A DNA stretch of 64,000 nt from Clostridia bacterium (GTDB lineage: Bacteria; Bacillota; Clostridia; Oscillospirales; CAG-272), in the NCBI GenBank assembly GCA_017462545.1, contig JAFTQX010000001.1, forward strand, positions 2,380 to 66,379, given 5' to 3'. Positions 17,399 to 25,901 of the stretch are shown piece after piece; the first letter of the stretch is position 1; the number at the start of each line of letters is the position of its first letter. The translations under genes and the position numbers were made by a program. The notes beneath the pieces are model-generated. The model worked only from the letters and a program-made list of their open reading frames with translations, had not been told where the DNA came from and did not search any database.

Positions 17399-19843
17399 TC
17401 AGTCCTCCGTTGTTTGCTTGTTTTCCGCGCTCACCTCTCGCCAAAAGCGGCGGAACAGCGTGCCGGCAGAGGCGGCGTCACCTGCCAGCTTCAGATGTCG
17501 CCAATGTCGCGGGATCAGCGTGCGATAAAGCGGATCGCCAAAGCGGTCATCAATGAGCAGCAGCGTGCCGTAGTCCTCCTCGGTGCGGATGACGCGCCCT
17601 GCCGCCTGCAGGACACGATTCATGCCGGGGTAAAAGTAGGCAAACTGCTTGCCCTGCTCGTATACGTCCTGATAATAGGCACACATGGCCTCCCGCTCGG
17701 GTGAGGGCTGGGGGATGCCTACTCCCACCACCGCCGCACCGATCAGGCGGCTGCCGGCCAGGTCAATGCCCTCGGCAAACACACCACCCGTGACGCAAAA
17801 GCCGACCAAGGTCTCCTTTGGTTCCGCTGCGAATTGGGAAAGAAACTCCTCACGCGCTCGTGTGCTTGCGCCTCTCTTTTGCAGGGCGAGCCGCACCTGC
17901 GGATAGAGCTGATGGTATGCGCGTGCCACCTCCTCCATATAGGAGAACGAGGGGCAAAAAACAAAATAGTTGCCTGTTTTGGCCGCTACCATGGCGTGTA
18001 TCGCCGCCGCGATGGATGGCGCGCTTTCGGTGCGCGCGGTAAAGCGGGTGCTGACCTTATCCATCACCGCCACGCAAAGATGCTCCTCTTCAAAGGGGGA
18101 ATCAAGCAAAAGCTCCTCGCCATCCCGGCCGCCCAGAACTGCGCGATAATAGTCCAGCGGTGTCAGCGTGGCAGAAAAGAGCACGGCACTTTCGCAAAGC
18201 GAGAGACGGCGATCGATCATGTCGGCCGGGTCGAGACAGACGGTGCGCAGGGTGTACTCCTCACCGTCCTGCATGTAAAAGGTCTCAAAGCGGTTGCTGT
18301 ACAGCTCGGCGCGGTCGGCAAAGTCGCGCAGCGGGTAGCAGGCGTGGCGCAGCTTGTCCCGCAGGGCAAGCGGCACGCGACGGTCGCATGCGGTGCGCAG
18401 CCCCTCCTCGGCCAGGGCGCGCACGCTGTCTGTTAAAGCATCGGGCGCGGTGCGCGAGGCGGCAAAGGCATGCTTGATGCCATCCCCATCCTCATACTGC
18501 CGTTCGCCGTGCAAGGAACCCTTGAGCAGGCGCAAAAAGAGCGTACGCGCCTCGCTTGCCTTGGCAGCCAGCTCAGAAAGAGGTGCCTGCTCACGACATA
18601 GCGTGGCCATGTTGGTTAAGGCAGATAGCGTCAGACTACCCGAATACATCTCTCGTGCCCGCTCAACAAGGTCGTGCGCCTCATCCACCAGCACGCAGTA
18701 GCGTCCCGGCTCGTCGAAATAGCGGCGCAGATAGACACGGGTGTCAAACAGGTAGTTATAGTCACCGATGATGACATCACAAAACAAGCTGTAACGCAGG
18801 GAAAGCTCATAGGGGCAAACGCCGAATTTCGCCGCTACCTCGCCAATCTCCCGCTCGGTGATGGGAACTGCTTGCAGGGCAAGTAACGCCTCGGCCGCCT
18901 GTTCCTCCCGCTCACCCCCCGCGCGGGAAAAGCGACAGGGAGAGGGCAGCTCACGGCAAGCCATCTTTTGGGTGCAGAGCCGCTCCTTTGCCGAGAGGCA
19001 TACAGCGCGCAGCCGTCCACCGGCCCTTGCAAAGCGGGCAAGCGTGTCTGCTGCCGCGCGAGCGGTGGTGGTCTTGGGGGTCAGATAAAATACGCGATCA
19101 CAAATGCCAGCCCCCAGCGCGCGCAGCGCAGGGTAGAGCGCGGCTGCCGTTTTGCCCGTGCCCGTGGGGGCGCAAGCATACAGCCGCCTTCCTTGACGGA
19201 TGGCGCGGTAGGCTGCCTGGATCATTTCCTCCTGTGCTGCACGGCGGCCGCGATAGGGGAAGGGGAGCTTGTTCAAGGTGGGCAGGCGGCGGGAAACGCG
19301 GTCGATCTCCTCCCCCGCTCTCTTGCCAAGCGTGGTACAAAGGCGGGCAAAAAATGCTTCAGACGCGGTACGCGTGACCGTTTCCTCTATGATGGCCTCG
19401 GTGTCACGCAGCGGATTGCGCAGATAGATCTTGGTACGTACCGTTTTTGCAGGGGAGGTGGATGTCATATACAAAAAGGCCAGCAGAAAGGCCTCGCCGC
19501 GCACACGGCGCAGGGTATCGCGGTCGGGGTTTTGCGGATCGCCGCTCGTTTCCTTGAGCACGGTCAGACAGGGGAGAGTGCCGGTCAGCCCGACAGGCGG
19601 CTCGGTCAGGCCGTCTGCGCTGCCTTGCAGCAAAAAGCGGTGCCCTCCTTCGGAGAAGGGGTAGGAAAACTCACGCCGCTCTCCGATTCCCAAGGGACGA
19701 TAGCTTTTTGGGGGCGATTTCAGGGCATTCTGCTCCCGCTCGTTGGCCGTTTCGCTTGCAAAGCGGTGCAGAGAGATGGCGATAAATTCGCCAAGTGGCA
19801 GCAAAATGACACTGTTTTCCTCATCGTAGCGCAGTTTTCTCAC
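17399..19843 (-). CDS. ATP-dependent DNA helicase, DinG/Rad3 (XPD) family, with an unassigned ~200-aa N-terminal domain
   Basis: 814 aa with Walker A CAPTGTGKTAAAL and DEAH box VLVDEAHDL. Four Cys (CLSAKERLCTQKMACRELPSPC) resemble an FeS-domain insert. The GTG start is uncertain. Confidence 0.8.
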   Translation of the reverse strand: MRKLRYDEENSVILLPLGEFIAISLHRFASETANEREQNALKSPPKSYRPLGIGERREFSYPFSEGGHRFLLQGSADGLTEPPVGLTGTLPCLTVLKETSGDPQNPDRDTLRRVRGEAFLLAFLYMTSTSPAKTVRTKIYLRNPLRDTEAIIEETVTRTASEAFFARLCTTLGKRAGEEIDRVSRRLPTLNKLPFPYRGRRAAQEEMIQAAYRAIRQGRRLYACAPTGTGKTAAALYPALRALGAGICDRVFYLTPKTTTARAAADTLARFARAGGRLRAVCLSAKERLCTQKMACRELPSPCRFSRAGGEREEQAAEALLALQAVPITEREIGEVAAKFGVCPYELSLRYSLFCDVIIGDYNYLFDTRVYLRRYFDEPGRYCVLVDEAHDLVERAREMYSGSLTLSALTNMATLCREQAPLSELAAKASEARTLFLRLLKGSLHGERQYEDGDGIKHAFAASRTAPDALTDSVRALAEEGLRTACDRRVPLALRDKLRHACYPLRDFADRAELYSNRFETFYMQDGEEYTLRTVCLDPADMIDRRLSLCESAVLFSATLTPLDYYRAVLGGRDGEELLLDSPFEEEHLCVAVMDKVSTRFTARTESAPSIAAAIHAMVAAKTGNYFVFCPSFSYMEEVARAYHQLYPQVRLALQKRGASTRAREEFLSQFAAEPKETLVGFCVTGGVFAEGIDLAGSRLIGAAVVGVGIPQPSPEREAMCAYYQDVYEQGKQFAYFYPGMNRVLQAAGRVIRTEEDYGTLLLIDDRFGDPLYRTLIPRHWRHLKLAGDAASAGTLFRRFWREVSAENKQTTED

Positions 19844-19872
19844 CTCTTTTTTGTAAAAATTTTAAAAACCCC

Positions 19873-19901
19873 TTGCCAAATGGCAAAAAATGTGCTATAC
19901 T
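19873..19901 (+). promoter_or_regulatory. Promoter of tRNA-Val
   Basis: TTGCCA 19873-19878, 17-nt spacer, extended -10 TGcTATACT (19893-19901). The tRNA starts 13 nt later. Confidence 0.6.
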
Positions 19902-19913
19902 ATCTTTCGTCAC

Positions 19914-19990
19914 GGAGGCATAGCTCAGTTGGTTAGAGTACTTGCTTGACATGCAAGGGGTCACTGGTTCGAGTCCAGTTGTCTCCACCA
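19914..19990 (+). tRNA. tRNA-Val (anticodon GAC)
   Basis: 77 nt. Acceptor GGAGGCA/TGTCTCC, D-arm GCTCAGTTGGTTAGAGT, anticodon loop TTGACAT, T-arm ACTGGTTCGAGTCCAGT, encoded CCA. Confidence 0.9.
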
Positions 19991-19991
19991 A

Positions 19992-20019
19992 AAATCCTGC
20001 ACGCAAGTGCGGGATTTTT
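19992..20019 (+). terminator. Intrinsic terminator after tRNA-Val
   Basis: AAATCCTGCAC-GCAA-GTGCGGGATTT (one G-U pair), then a T-rich run. Confidence 0.65.
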
Positions 20020-20168
20020 ACTTTTTCGCTTGATGGAAACACGCTTGGTGTTATGCCATCATAACAGGACTATCCCTCATCGAATCGTTTTCCTTTTTCC
20101 AGTATACCACTTTTTTCGCCGCAGCGCAAGAGGCGCAGGGCATTTTTATCATCAACGGGGGCGTTCTT

Positions 20169-21125
20169 GTGAAAAAACAGCTTTCCTCGGTCGCAGCGAC
20201 CGCGCTTTTATTTGTAACCGCCATGATCTGGGGCTTTGCCTTTTCTGCGCAGCGCACAGCGGGGGAGGCATTTGGTGTGATTACCATCATTTGCTTGCGC
20301 TCGATCATTGCCTGCTTGGTGCTGATTCCTGTGGTCATGCTCTTTGACCGCTTGAGCGGTAATGGGCGGCATCTGTTCGTCCTCGCAAGCGGTCGCGTGC
20401 GGCTCGATATCACTCGTACAGAGTGGATAGGGGGCATTTTGTGCGGTCTTTCCCTGGGGGTAGCCTCCCTGCTTCAGCAGCTTGGTATGCAGCTGAACCA
20501 AAGCGCAGGAAAAACCGCCTTTATCACCGCACTTTATGTGGCTCTTGTGCCGCTTTTGGGTGCCTTTCTCGGTCGAAAAACAGGGGTGCTTGTCTGGCTG
20601 GGCGTGCTTGGCTCGGTAGGCGGAGCGTTTTTGCTCGCCTTTGATTTTTCAGGCAACGAGCAATTTGGTCTTGCTGTGGGGGATCTGCTTGTGCTGATCT
20701 GCGCTGTTATCTTTGCCATACAAATTTTGGTGATCGACCGGTTTTCTCCCCGCGGGGACGGTATTCGCATGTCACTGTTGCAGTTTTTGACGGTCTCGAT
20801 CATTTCACTACCCTTTATGCTGGTTTTAGAGCCGAACGGACTGACAGCCGCTGCCTTCATGCAGGGGGGCTTGCCGCTTCTCTTTCTTGGTGTTATGTCC
20901 AGCGGTGTGGCCTATACGCTACAGATCATCGGGCAAAAAAAGACACACCCTGCCGTTGCCAGCGTGGTGCTCTCGCTTGAGTCGGTCTTTGGCCTGGTGG
21001 GCGGTGCGCTTTTTCTTGGCGAAACATTGGAAAAAACCACCGAGATTGTTGGCTGCATGCTGTTGTTTGCCTCTGTGCTGCTGACGCAGATTGGTGGTTT
21101 TATCGGAAGAAAGGAGAATGGATAG
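20169..21125 (+). CDS. DMT superfamily transporter (EamA family)
   Basis: 318 aa, about 10 TM in two EamA-like halves. GTG start, TAG stop. Confidence 0.8.
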   Translation: MKKQLSSVAATALLFVTAMIWGFAFSAQRTAGEAFGVITIICLRSIIACLVLIPVVMLFDRLSGNGRHLFVLASGRVRLDITRTEWIGGILCGLSLGVASLLQQLGMQLNQSAGKTAFITALYVALVPLLGAFLGRKTGVLVWLGVLGSVGGAFLLAFDFSGNEQFGLAVGDLLVLICAVIFAIQILVIDRFSPRGDGIRMSLLQFLTVSIISLPFMLVLEPNGLTAAAFMQGGLPLLFLGVMSSGVAYTLQIIGQKKTHPAVASVVLSLESVFGLVGGALFLGETLEKTTEIVGCMLLFASVLLTQIGGFIGRKENG

Positions 21126-21935
21126 TTGAAAAGGTTTGTTTATCTGCACCCGGTGCTTGCTGTACTTTTGCCCCTTCTGCCCTGTGTGGCAGTGATGGGC
21201 GTGCTGTGCTTTTATCGGGTCATGACACTGCCATTGTTGTTCTTTTTTACCGCATGGCTCTTGTTACTCTTCACCTTGCCCGTGCGGCGTGCGTTTCCCT
21301 TATTGATGGCAGATGCCTCACGCAAGCTGCAGGAGCAGTGCGATGTGCAAGGCTTTCTTGCCGTGATGGACGTGCTGCGTGCGAAAAAGCATCTGCCTAC
21401 GGAGCGGCGGCTCTTGATTGAGGCCAACTATGCCCTGGGGTTGGATGCCGGTGGGTATACCGATGAGGCCATGGCTTGCCTCTGTGCCTGCGGAACGGCG
21501 CGTGAAGCAGTCTCTCCCTATGTCCGCTACCAGTTGGACATGGCATATGCCTGTGTCTGCGCCCATGCCGAGCAGGCGCGGGCAGAGCTGCCCAACTGGC
21601 TATCCATGCTGGAGCAGGGCTTTTCCACCATCCCCTTTCCGCCACCCGTACGCGAGATGCTGCGCCGTAATCTGGACAACCTGCAGGATATCGCGCAATA
21701 CCATCGCGGAGACTACGATGGTCTGCGTGAGCGCTTTGTTGCCAGGATCGAGGCATACCGCGACCGTCCCGGTATGCGCCGCGGGATGCTGATGGCCTGC
21801 CTGTGGCTTGCCCGCGTGTATGAAAAGGAGGGGAGTATGCGTGAGGCTGCCGCGATGTACCGCTATGTGGTTGAAAACGGCAATACGCTTGGCGCGGTGA
21901 ATGAGGCGAAGCAGGCGCTCGCTTCTTTTGGATAA
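21126..21935 (+). CDS. Hypothetical membrane-anchored protein with a helical-repeat (TPR-like) C-terminal region
   Basis: 269 aa. TTG start directly after the upstream TAG, with AAGGAG 10 nt upstream. Two N-terminal TM segments. Confidence 0.5.
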   Translation: MKRFVYLHPVLAVLLPLLPCVAVMGVLCFYRVMTLPLLFFFTAWLLLLFTLPVRRAFPLLMADASRKLQEQCDVQGFLAVMDVLRAKKHLPTERRLLIEANYALGLDAGGYTDEAMACLCACGTAREAVSPYVRYQLDMAYACVCAHAEQARAELPNWLSMLEQGFSTIPFPPPVREMLRRNLDNLQDIAQYHRGDYDGLRERFVARIEAYRDRPGMRRGMLMACLWLARVYEKEGSMREAAAMYRYVVENGNTLGAVNEAKQALASFG

Positions 21936-22045
21936 TGCCGATATTTTCTATTTCTTTTTTTGTGAAACGGTTGACATTTCTTGAAAAAACAGATATAATG
22001 AAAGTGTCCCCACGGGGGAAAATACAAAAAAGGAGTACATATGAT

Positions 22046-22504
22046 ATGAAAAAAGTTGTGTCTTTGGCTTTGGCAGCTCTGATGCTTGTGTCGGCCATGC
22101 TGACGCTGACCGCATGCGGCTCGGCTTACCCGGGCATTGAAAAGAATTTTGTAGATGCCGGCTTCAAGGTGGTAGATACCACCGATGAAGATGGTAAAAA
22201 CTACCTCAGCTTCATCAAGACGCTGGAGGAGGGGGAGATCTCCTGCACCATTCATGTTTTGAAGAAGGGCTCTCTTTTGAAGAACAATCTGCTGTTTGCC
22301 GTTATCGCCGAATATGATGCCGATAAGGATGCAGCCGCCGCGCTGGATGAGTATTTGGATGGCGGCTTGGCCTCTACCTTGAAGGATCTGGATGAATCCA
22401 AGATCGTAAAGGGTAACTGCCTGCTCATTCCGATCAACGCGAATATGGATATTGTGAACGCAGAAGAAAACATTGAAAATATGATCGAGCTTTTCAATCA
22501 ATAA
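22046..22504 (+). CDS. Hypothetical lipoprotein
   Basis: Start moved to ATG 22046 (SD AGGAG). MKKVVSLALAALMLVSAMLTLTACGS is a lipobox signal. 152 aa. Confidence 0.7.
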   Translation: MKKVVSLALAALMLVSAMLTLTACGSAYPGIEKNFVDAGFKVVDTTDEDGKNYLSFIKTLEEGEISCTIHVLKKGSLLKNNLLFAVIAEYDADKDAAAALDEYLDGGLASTLKDLDESKIVKGNCLLIPINANMDIVNAEENIENMIELFNQ

Positions 22505-22513
22505 TTCCTTTGA

Positions 22514-22559
22514 CCCCAAAAAGGAGCGGGGCGCATATGCGCCCCGCTCCTTTTTGGGG
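22514..22559. terminator. Bidirectional terminator (46-nt perfect palindrome)
   Basis: CCCCAAAAAGGAGCGGGGCGCAT|ATGCGCCCCGCTCCTTTTTGGGG between convergent genes. Confidence 0.8.
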
Positions 22560-22568
22560 TATGTTCGT

Positions 22569-22670
22569 TCAGTTGTTGCAGCAGCAGCAGAAAACCAGAA
22601 TGAGGGCAAGGATGATGATCCAGGTGCTGCAATCGTCAAAGATGTGGCAAAGACAGTTGTTGTTATTCAT
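22569..22670 (-). CDS. 33-aa Cys-rich hydrophobic micro-protein (MNNNNCLCHIFDDCSTWIIILALILVFCCCCNN)
   Basis: Not in the ORF track. Strong SD AGGAGGA 10 nt before ATG 22670, TGA at 22569-22571, and the bidirectional terminator immediately downstream. Confidence 0.5.
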   Translation of the reverse strand: MNNNNCLCHIFDDCSTWIIILALILVFCCCCNN

Positions 22671-22821
22671 AAAACCGTTTTCCTCCTAAAAGATCATAGG
22701 GCGATGCCCTACGCTATTATCCTATGAAGGCGATTTTCTTTTGTGCGTGCACGAGAAAGACGGCTTTTTTTGCTTTTCATCAGAAAGCCTCTTGTATGCC
22801 CGCCTGAATGGCAGAAAAAAC

Positions 22822-22850
22822 AAAAAAGGCTGTAAAAACAGCCTTTTTTT
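22822..22850. terminator. Terminator downstream of tpiA
   Basis: AAAAAAGGCTGT-AAAA-ACAGCCTTTTTTT, 12 nt past the tpiA stop. Confidence 0.7.
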
Positions 22851-22861
22851 GTTTTTATCAA

Positions 22862-23617
22862 TTAGTTTGCCGCATCCACGATGGCAGTAAACTTCTCCGT
22901 AACCATAGAGGCACCGCCGATCAGACCGCCGTCAACATTCTCCTTGGCAAGGAGCTCTGCAGCGTTCTTATCGTTCATAGAGCCGCCGTACTGAACGGTG
23001 GTCTCGGCAGCAATGGCATCACCAAACATCTCGGCAACAGCCGCGCGTACGTAGCCGTTCCCCTCGTCTGCCTGGTCAGCGGTAGCGGTTACACCGGTGC
23101 CGATGGCCCAAACAGGCTCGTATGCGATGATGACGTTCTTCATTTGCTCGGCCGTCACGTTGGTCAGCGCGATCTTGGTCTGGTACTTCAGCAGCGTCTC
23201 GGTGTAGCCAAGCTCTCTCTGCTCCAGCGTCTCGCCTACGCAAACGATGGCCTTGAGGCCTGCGTTCAGCGCAGCCAGGGTACGAAGGTTAACCGTCTGG
23301 TCGGTCTCACCGAAGTACTGTCTTCTCTCGCTGTGACCGATGACAACATACTCCACGCCGGTCTCTACCAGCATCTCGGCAGAGATCTCGCCGGTGTAAG
23401 CACCCGATGCCTTGAAGTGCACATTCTCGGCGCCGATCTTGATGTTGGTGCCCTTGGCAGCCTCGGTAGCGGCGGCAATGTCAACATAGGGAACGCAAAG
23501 CACGATGTCGCACTTGTCCTTGCCTGCCACCATGGGGGCAAGCTCCTTGATGAAGGTGCGGGCAGCCGAAGGGGTCATGTTCATCTTCCAGTTGCCGGCA
23601 ATAACAGTCTTTCTCAT
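22862..23617 (-). CDS. tpiA: Triose-phosphate isomerase
   Basis: Start moved to ATG 23617 (MRKTVIAGNWKMN). 251 aa with GHSERR and the GGASL-like C-terminal block. Directly downstream of pgk. Confidence 0.9.
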   Translation of the reverse strand: MRKTVIAGNWKMNMTPSAARTFIKELAPMVAGKDKCDIVLCVPYVDIAAATEAAKGTNIKIGAENVHFKASGAYTGEISAEMLVETGVEYVVIGHSERRQYFGETDQTVNLRTLAALNAGLKAIVCVGETLEQRELGYTETLLKYQTKIALTNVTAEQMKNVIIAYEPVWAIGTGVTATADQADEGNGYVRAAVAEMFGDAIAAETTVQYGGSMNDKNAAELLAKENVDGGLIGGASMVTEKFTAIVDAAN

Positions 23618-23631
23618 TTCACGCACCTCAC

Positions 23632-24948
23632 TTATTTGTTCTGCAGGCAAGCAATGCCGGGCAGCTCAAGACCCTCAAGGAACTCAAGCGAAGCACCGCC
23701 GCCGGTGGAGATGTGGGTAATGCGATCAGCAAAGCCGAGCTGCTCGCAAGCAGCGGCAGAGTCACCACCACCAACAATGGTAGTAGCAGAGGACTCAGCC
23801 AGTGCCTTGGCAACGGCAATGGTGCCGGCTGCCAGCGTGGGGTTCTCAAATACGCCCATCGGGCCGTTCCATACAACGGTCTGCGCGTTCTTGATGGCAT
23901 CAGCAAACAGCTCTCTGGTCTTTTCGCCGATATAAAGGCCCATCTTGTCAGCGGGGATCTCGCTGGAGGAAACGGTGGTTATCTCGATGGCAGCATCGAT
24001 CGGGTTCGGGAAGTCTGCGGTGATCACGGTGTCGATCGGCAGCAGCAGGCGAACGCCCTTCTCCTCTGCCTTTGCCATCATGTCGCGGCAGTAGTCAACC
24101 TTCTCGGAATCAAAGAGGGAGGTACCGATGGAGTAGCCCTTGGCAGCCAGGAAGGTGTAAGCCATACCGCCGCCGATGATCAGGGTGTCAACCTTTGTCA
24201 GCAGGTTGTTGATAACATTCAGCTTGTCCGAAACCTTTGCGCCGCCGAGGATGGCAACGAAGGGACGGTTCGGGTTCTCCAGGGCCTTACCCATGACAGA
24301 GATTTCCTTCTTGATCAGGTAGCCGCAGTATGCGGGCAGGTAATCAGCAACACCTGCGGTGGTAGCGTGTGCACGGTGTGCGGTGCCGAATGCATCGTTG
24401 ACATAGATCTCGGCCAGGTCAGCCAGCTCTTTGGCAAAGGTAGGGTCATTCTTCTCCTCGCGTGCATCAAAGCGTACGTTCTGCAGCAGAACAGCCTCGC
24501 CGTCCTTCATAGCGGCGATCTTTGCCTTGGCATCCTCGCCCGTGATATCAGCGGCAAAAGCAACCTTGCCTGCGCCCAGCAGCTCGTTGAGCTTGTCGGC
24601 AACCGGCTGCAGGGTGAACTTCTTCACATCGCCCTTTGCCTTCTCAAGATACTCGGCCTTTGCAGCAGCCTGCTCGCCCTCGGGCAGCTTTTCAACTGCC
24701 TTCTATTCCTAATTTGTCAGGCCAAAGCCGGGGGTCAGGATGTTGTGCGGCTTGCCCATGTGGGAGCAAAGGATCACGCGGGCACCCTTGTCCAGCAGGA
24801 AACGGATGGTAGGCAGCGCCTCTACGATTCTCTTTTCGCTGGTGATCACACCGTCCTTGAGCGGAACGTTGAAGTCGCAGCGAACGAGCACGCGCTTGCC
24901 TGCCAGGCACTCGATGTCTTCAATGGTCTTCTTGTTGTACATAGACAT
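23632..24948 (-). pseudogene. pgk: Phosphoglycerate kinase interrupted by two in-frame TAG codons (24709-24711 and 24703-24705)
   Basis: One continuous frame reads ...RCDFNVPL...[57 protein letters not shown]... The track splits it into 24709-24948 and 23632-24627. Strong promoter and SD are present. Confidence 0.8.
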
Positions 24949-24986
24949 GATACGTATACCTCACAAAAATAAAATTTAACATATAT

Positions 24987-25015
24987 AATATACCACAAAT
25001 TCCCTCGCCAGTCAA
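24987..25015 (-). promoter_or_regulatory. Promoter of pgk-tpiA
   Basis: On the minus strand: TTGACT (25015-25010), 17-nt spacer, extended -10 TGgTATATT (-10 at 24992-24987). Confidence 0.6.
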
Positions 25016-25153
25016 GACCAAGCGTTAAATTTCTGACAAAAAGACAAAATTTTTCCAAGGATAGGTCTCCTTTGGCTTTTAACAATTTGTTCACATTTGC
25101 CGTGGGGGGATTTGTTATAATGAAAAGAGAAGAAAACGACTGCGGAGGATGGG

Positions 25154-25891
25154 ATGGAACGCGAGGATTTTTTGCTGTTTTGTGAAGAATTGAGGGCTGT
25201 TTTTTTGAAAAATGACCTGGGCGAGCTGCTCACGCCGGCGGCGTGTGAGCAATTCTATCGCTTGACGGCACATATGCTGGAGGAAAACGAGCATTATAAT
25301 CTGACGGCCATTAAGGATCGCGCCGGCATCATCCTGCGCCATTATGCCGATAGCCTGCTCTGTGCCCGCTATCTTGCTCCCGGCACGCGCCTCTTGGATG
25401 TGGGCTGCGGCGCGGGCTTTCCCACGCTGCCGCTGGCCATCTGTCGCCCGGATTTGCAGATCACCGCGCTGGATGCGACCGAAAAGCGTGTGCGCTATGT
25501 GGCCGGGTGCGCCGAGCTGCTTGGGCTTTCCAATGTAGAGACGGTTTGTGCCCGCGCTGAGGAATATGCCAAGGGGCAAGCACGCGAGAGCTTTGATTGC
25601 GTCACCGCCCGTGCCGTAGCCGAGCTGCGCACCTTGGCCGAGCTGTGCATCCCCTGTGTGAGGAACGGCGGGCTTTTTTTAGCCATGAAGGCCAAAAATG
25701 CCGAGGAGGAGCTGGCTGCTGCCGCGCCCGGCATTGGCACTCTAGGCTGCCGCTTGACAAAGAAGGAGAATGTCACGCTTTACGGCGGCGAGGAGACACT
25801 GAGCCGTACGGCGTTGCTGTTTACCAAGATCAAGAATACCCCTGAAAATTACCCGCGCCCCTATGCGCGTATGCTGAAAAAACCGCTATAA
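25154..25891 (+). CDS. rsmG: 16S rRNA (guanine527-N7)-methyltransferase
   Basis: 245 aa with SAM motif LLDVGCGAGFPTLPLAI and a GidB-like N-terminal region. Confidence 0.85.
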   Translation: MEREDFLLFCEELRAVFLKNDLGELLTPAACEQFYRLTAHMLEENEHYNLTAIKDRAGIILRHYADSLLCARYLAPGTRLLDVGCGAGFPTLPLAICRPDLQITALDATEKRVRYVAGCAELLGLSNVETVCARAEEYAKGQARESFDCVTARAVAELRTLAELCIPCVRNGGLFLAMKAKNAEEELAAAAPGIGTLGCRLTKKENVTLYGGEETLSRTALLFTKIKNTPENYPRPYARMLKKPL

Positions 25892-25901
25892 GAGGATCAA
25901 G

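Noticed and set aside
24703-24711. Idea that TAG is reassigned genome-wide (for example to pyrrolysine or a sense codon), which would explain the two TAGs in pgk.
   Set aside because: TAG ends at least five well-delimited genes in this window at the expected protein C-termini: the ABC ATPase, EamA, nth, sigG and AraC. No pyl genes or tRNA(CUA) are present here. Local read-through is still listed as a possibility in the findings.
22808-24972. Long plus-strand ORFs (22808-23935 and 23713-24972) opposite tpiA/pgk. Similar shadows lie at 1783-2946, 8668-9756, 7701-8393, 29931-30968, 47914-48978 and 59423-60547.
   Set aside because: Each lies opposite a confidently identified gene, and none has an SD or a family motif.
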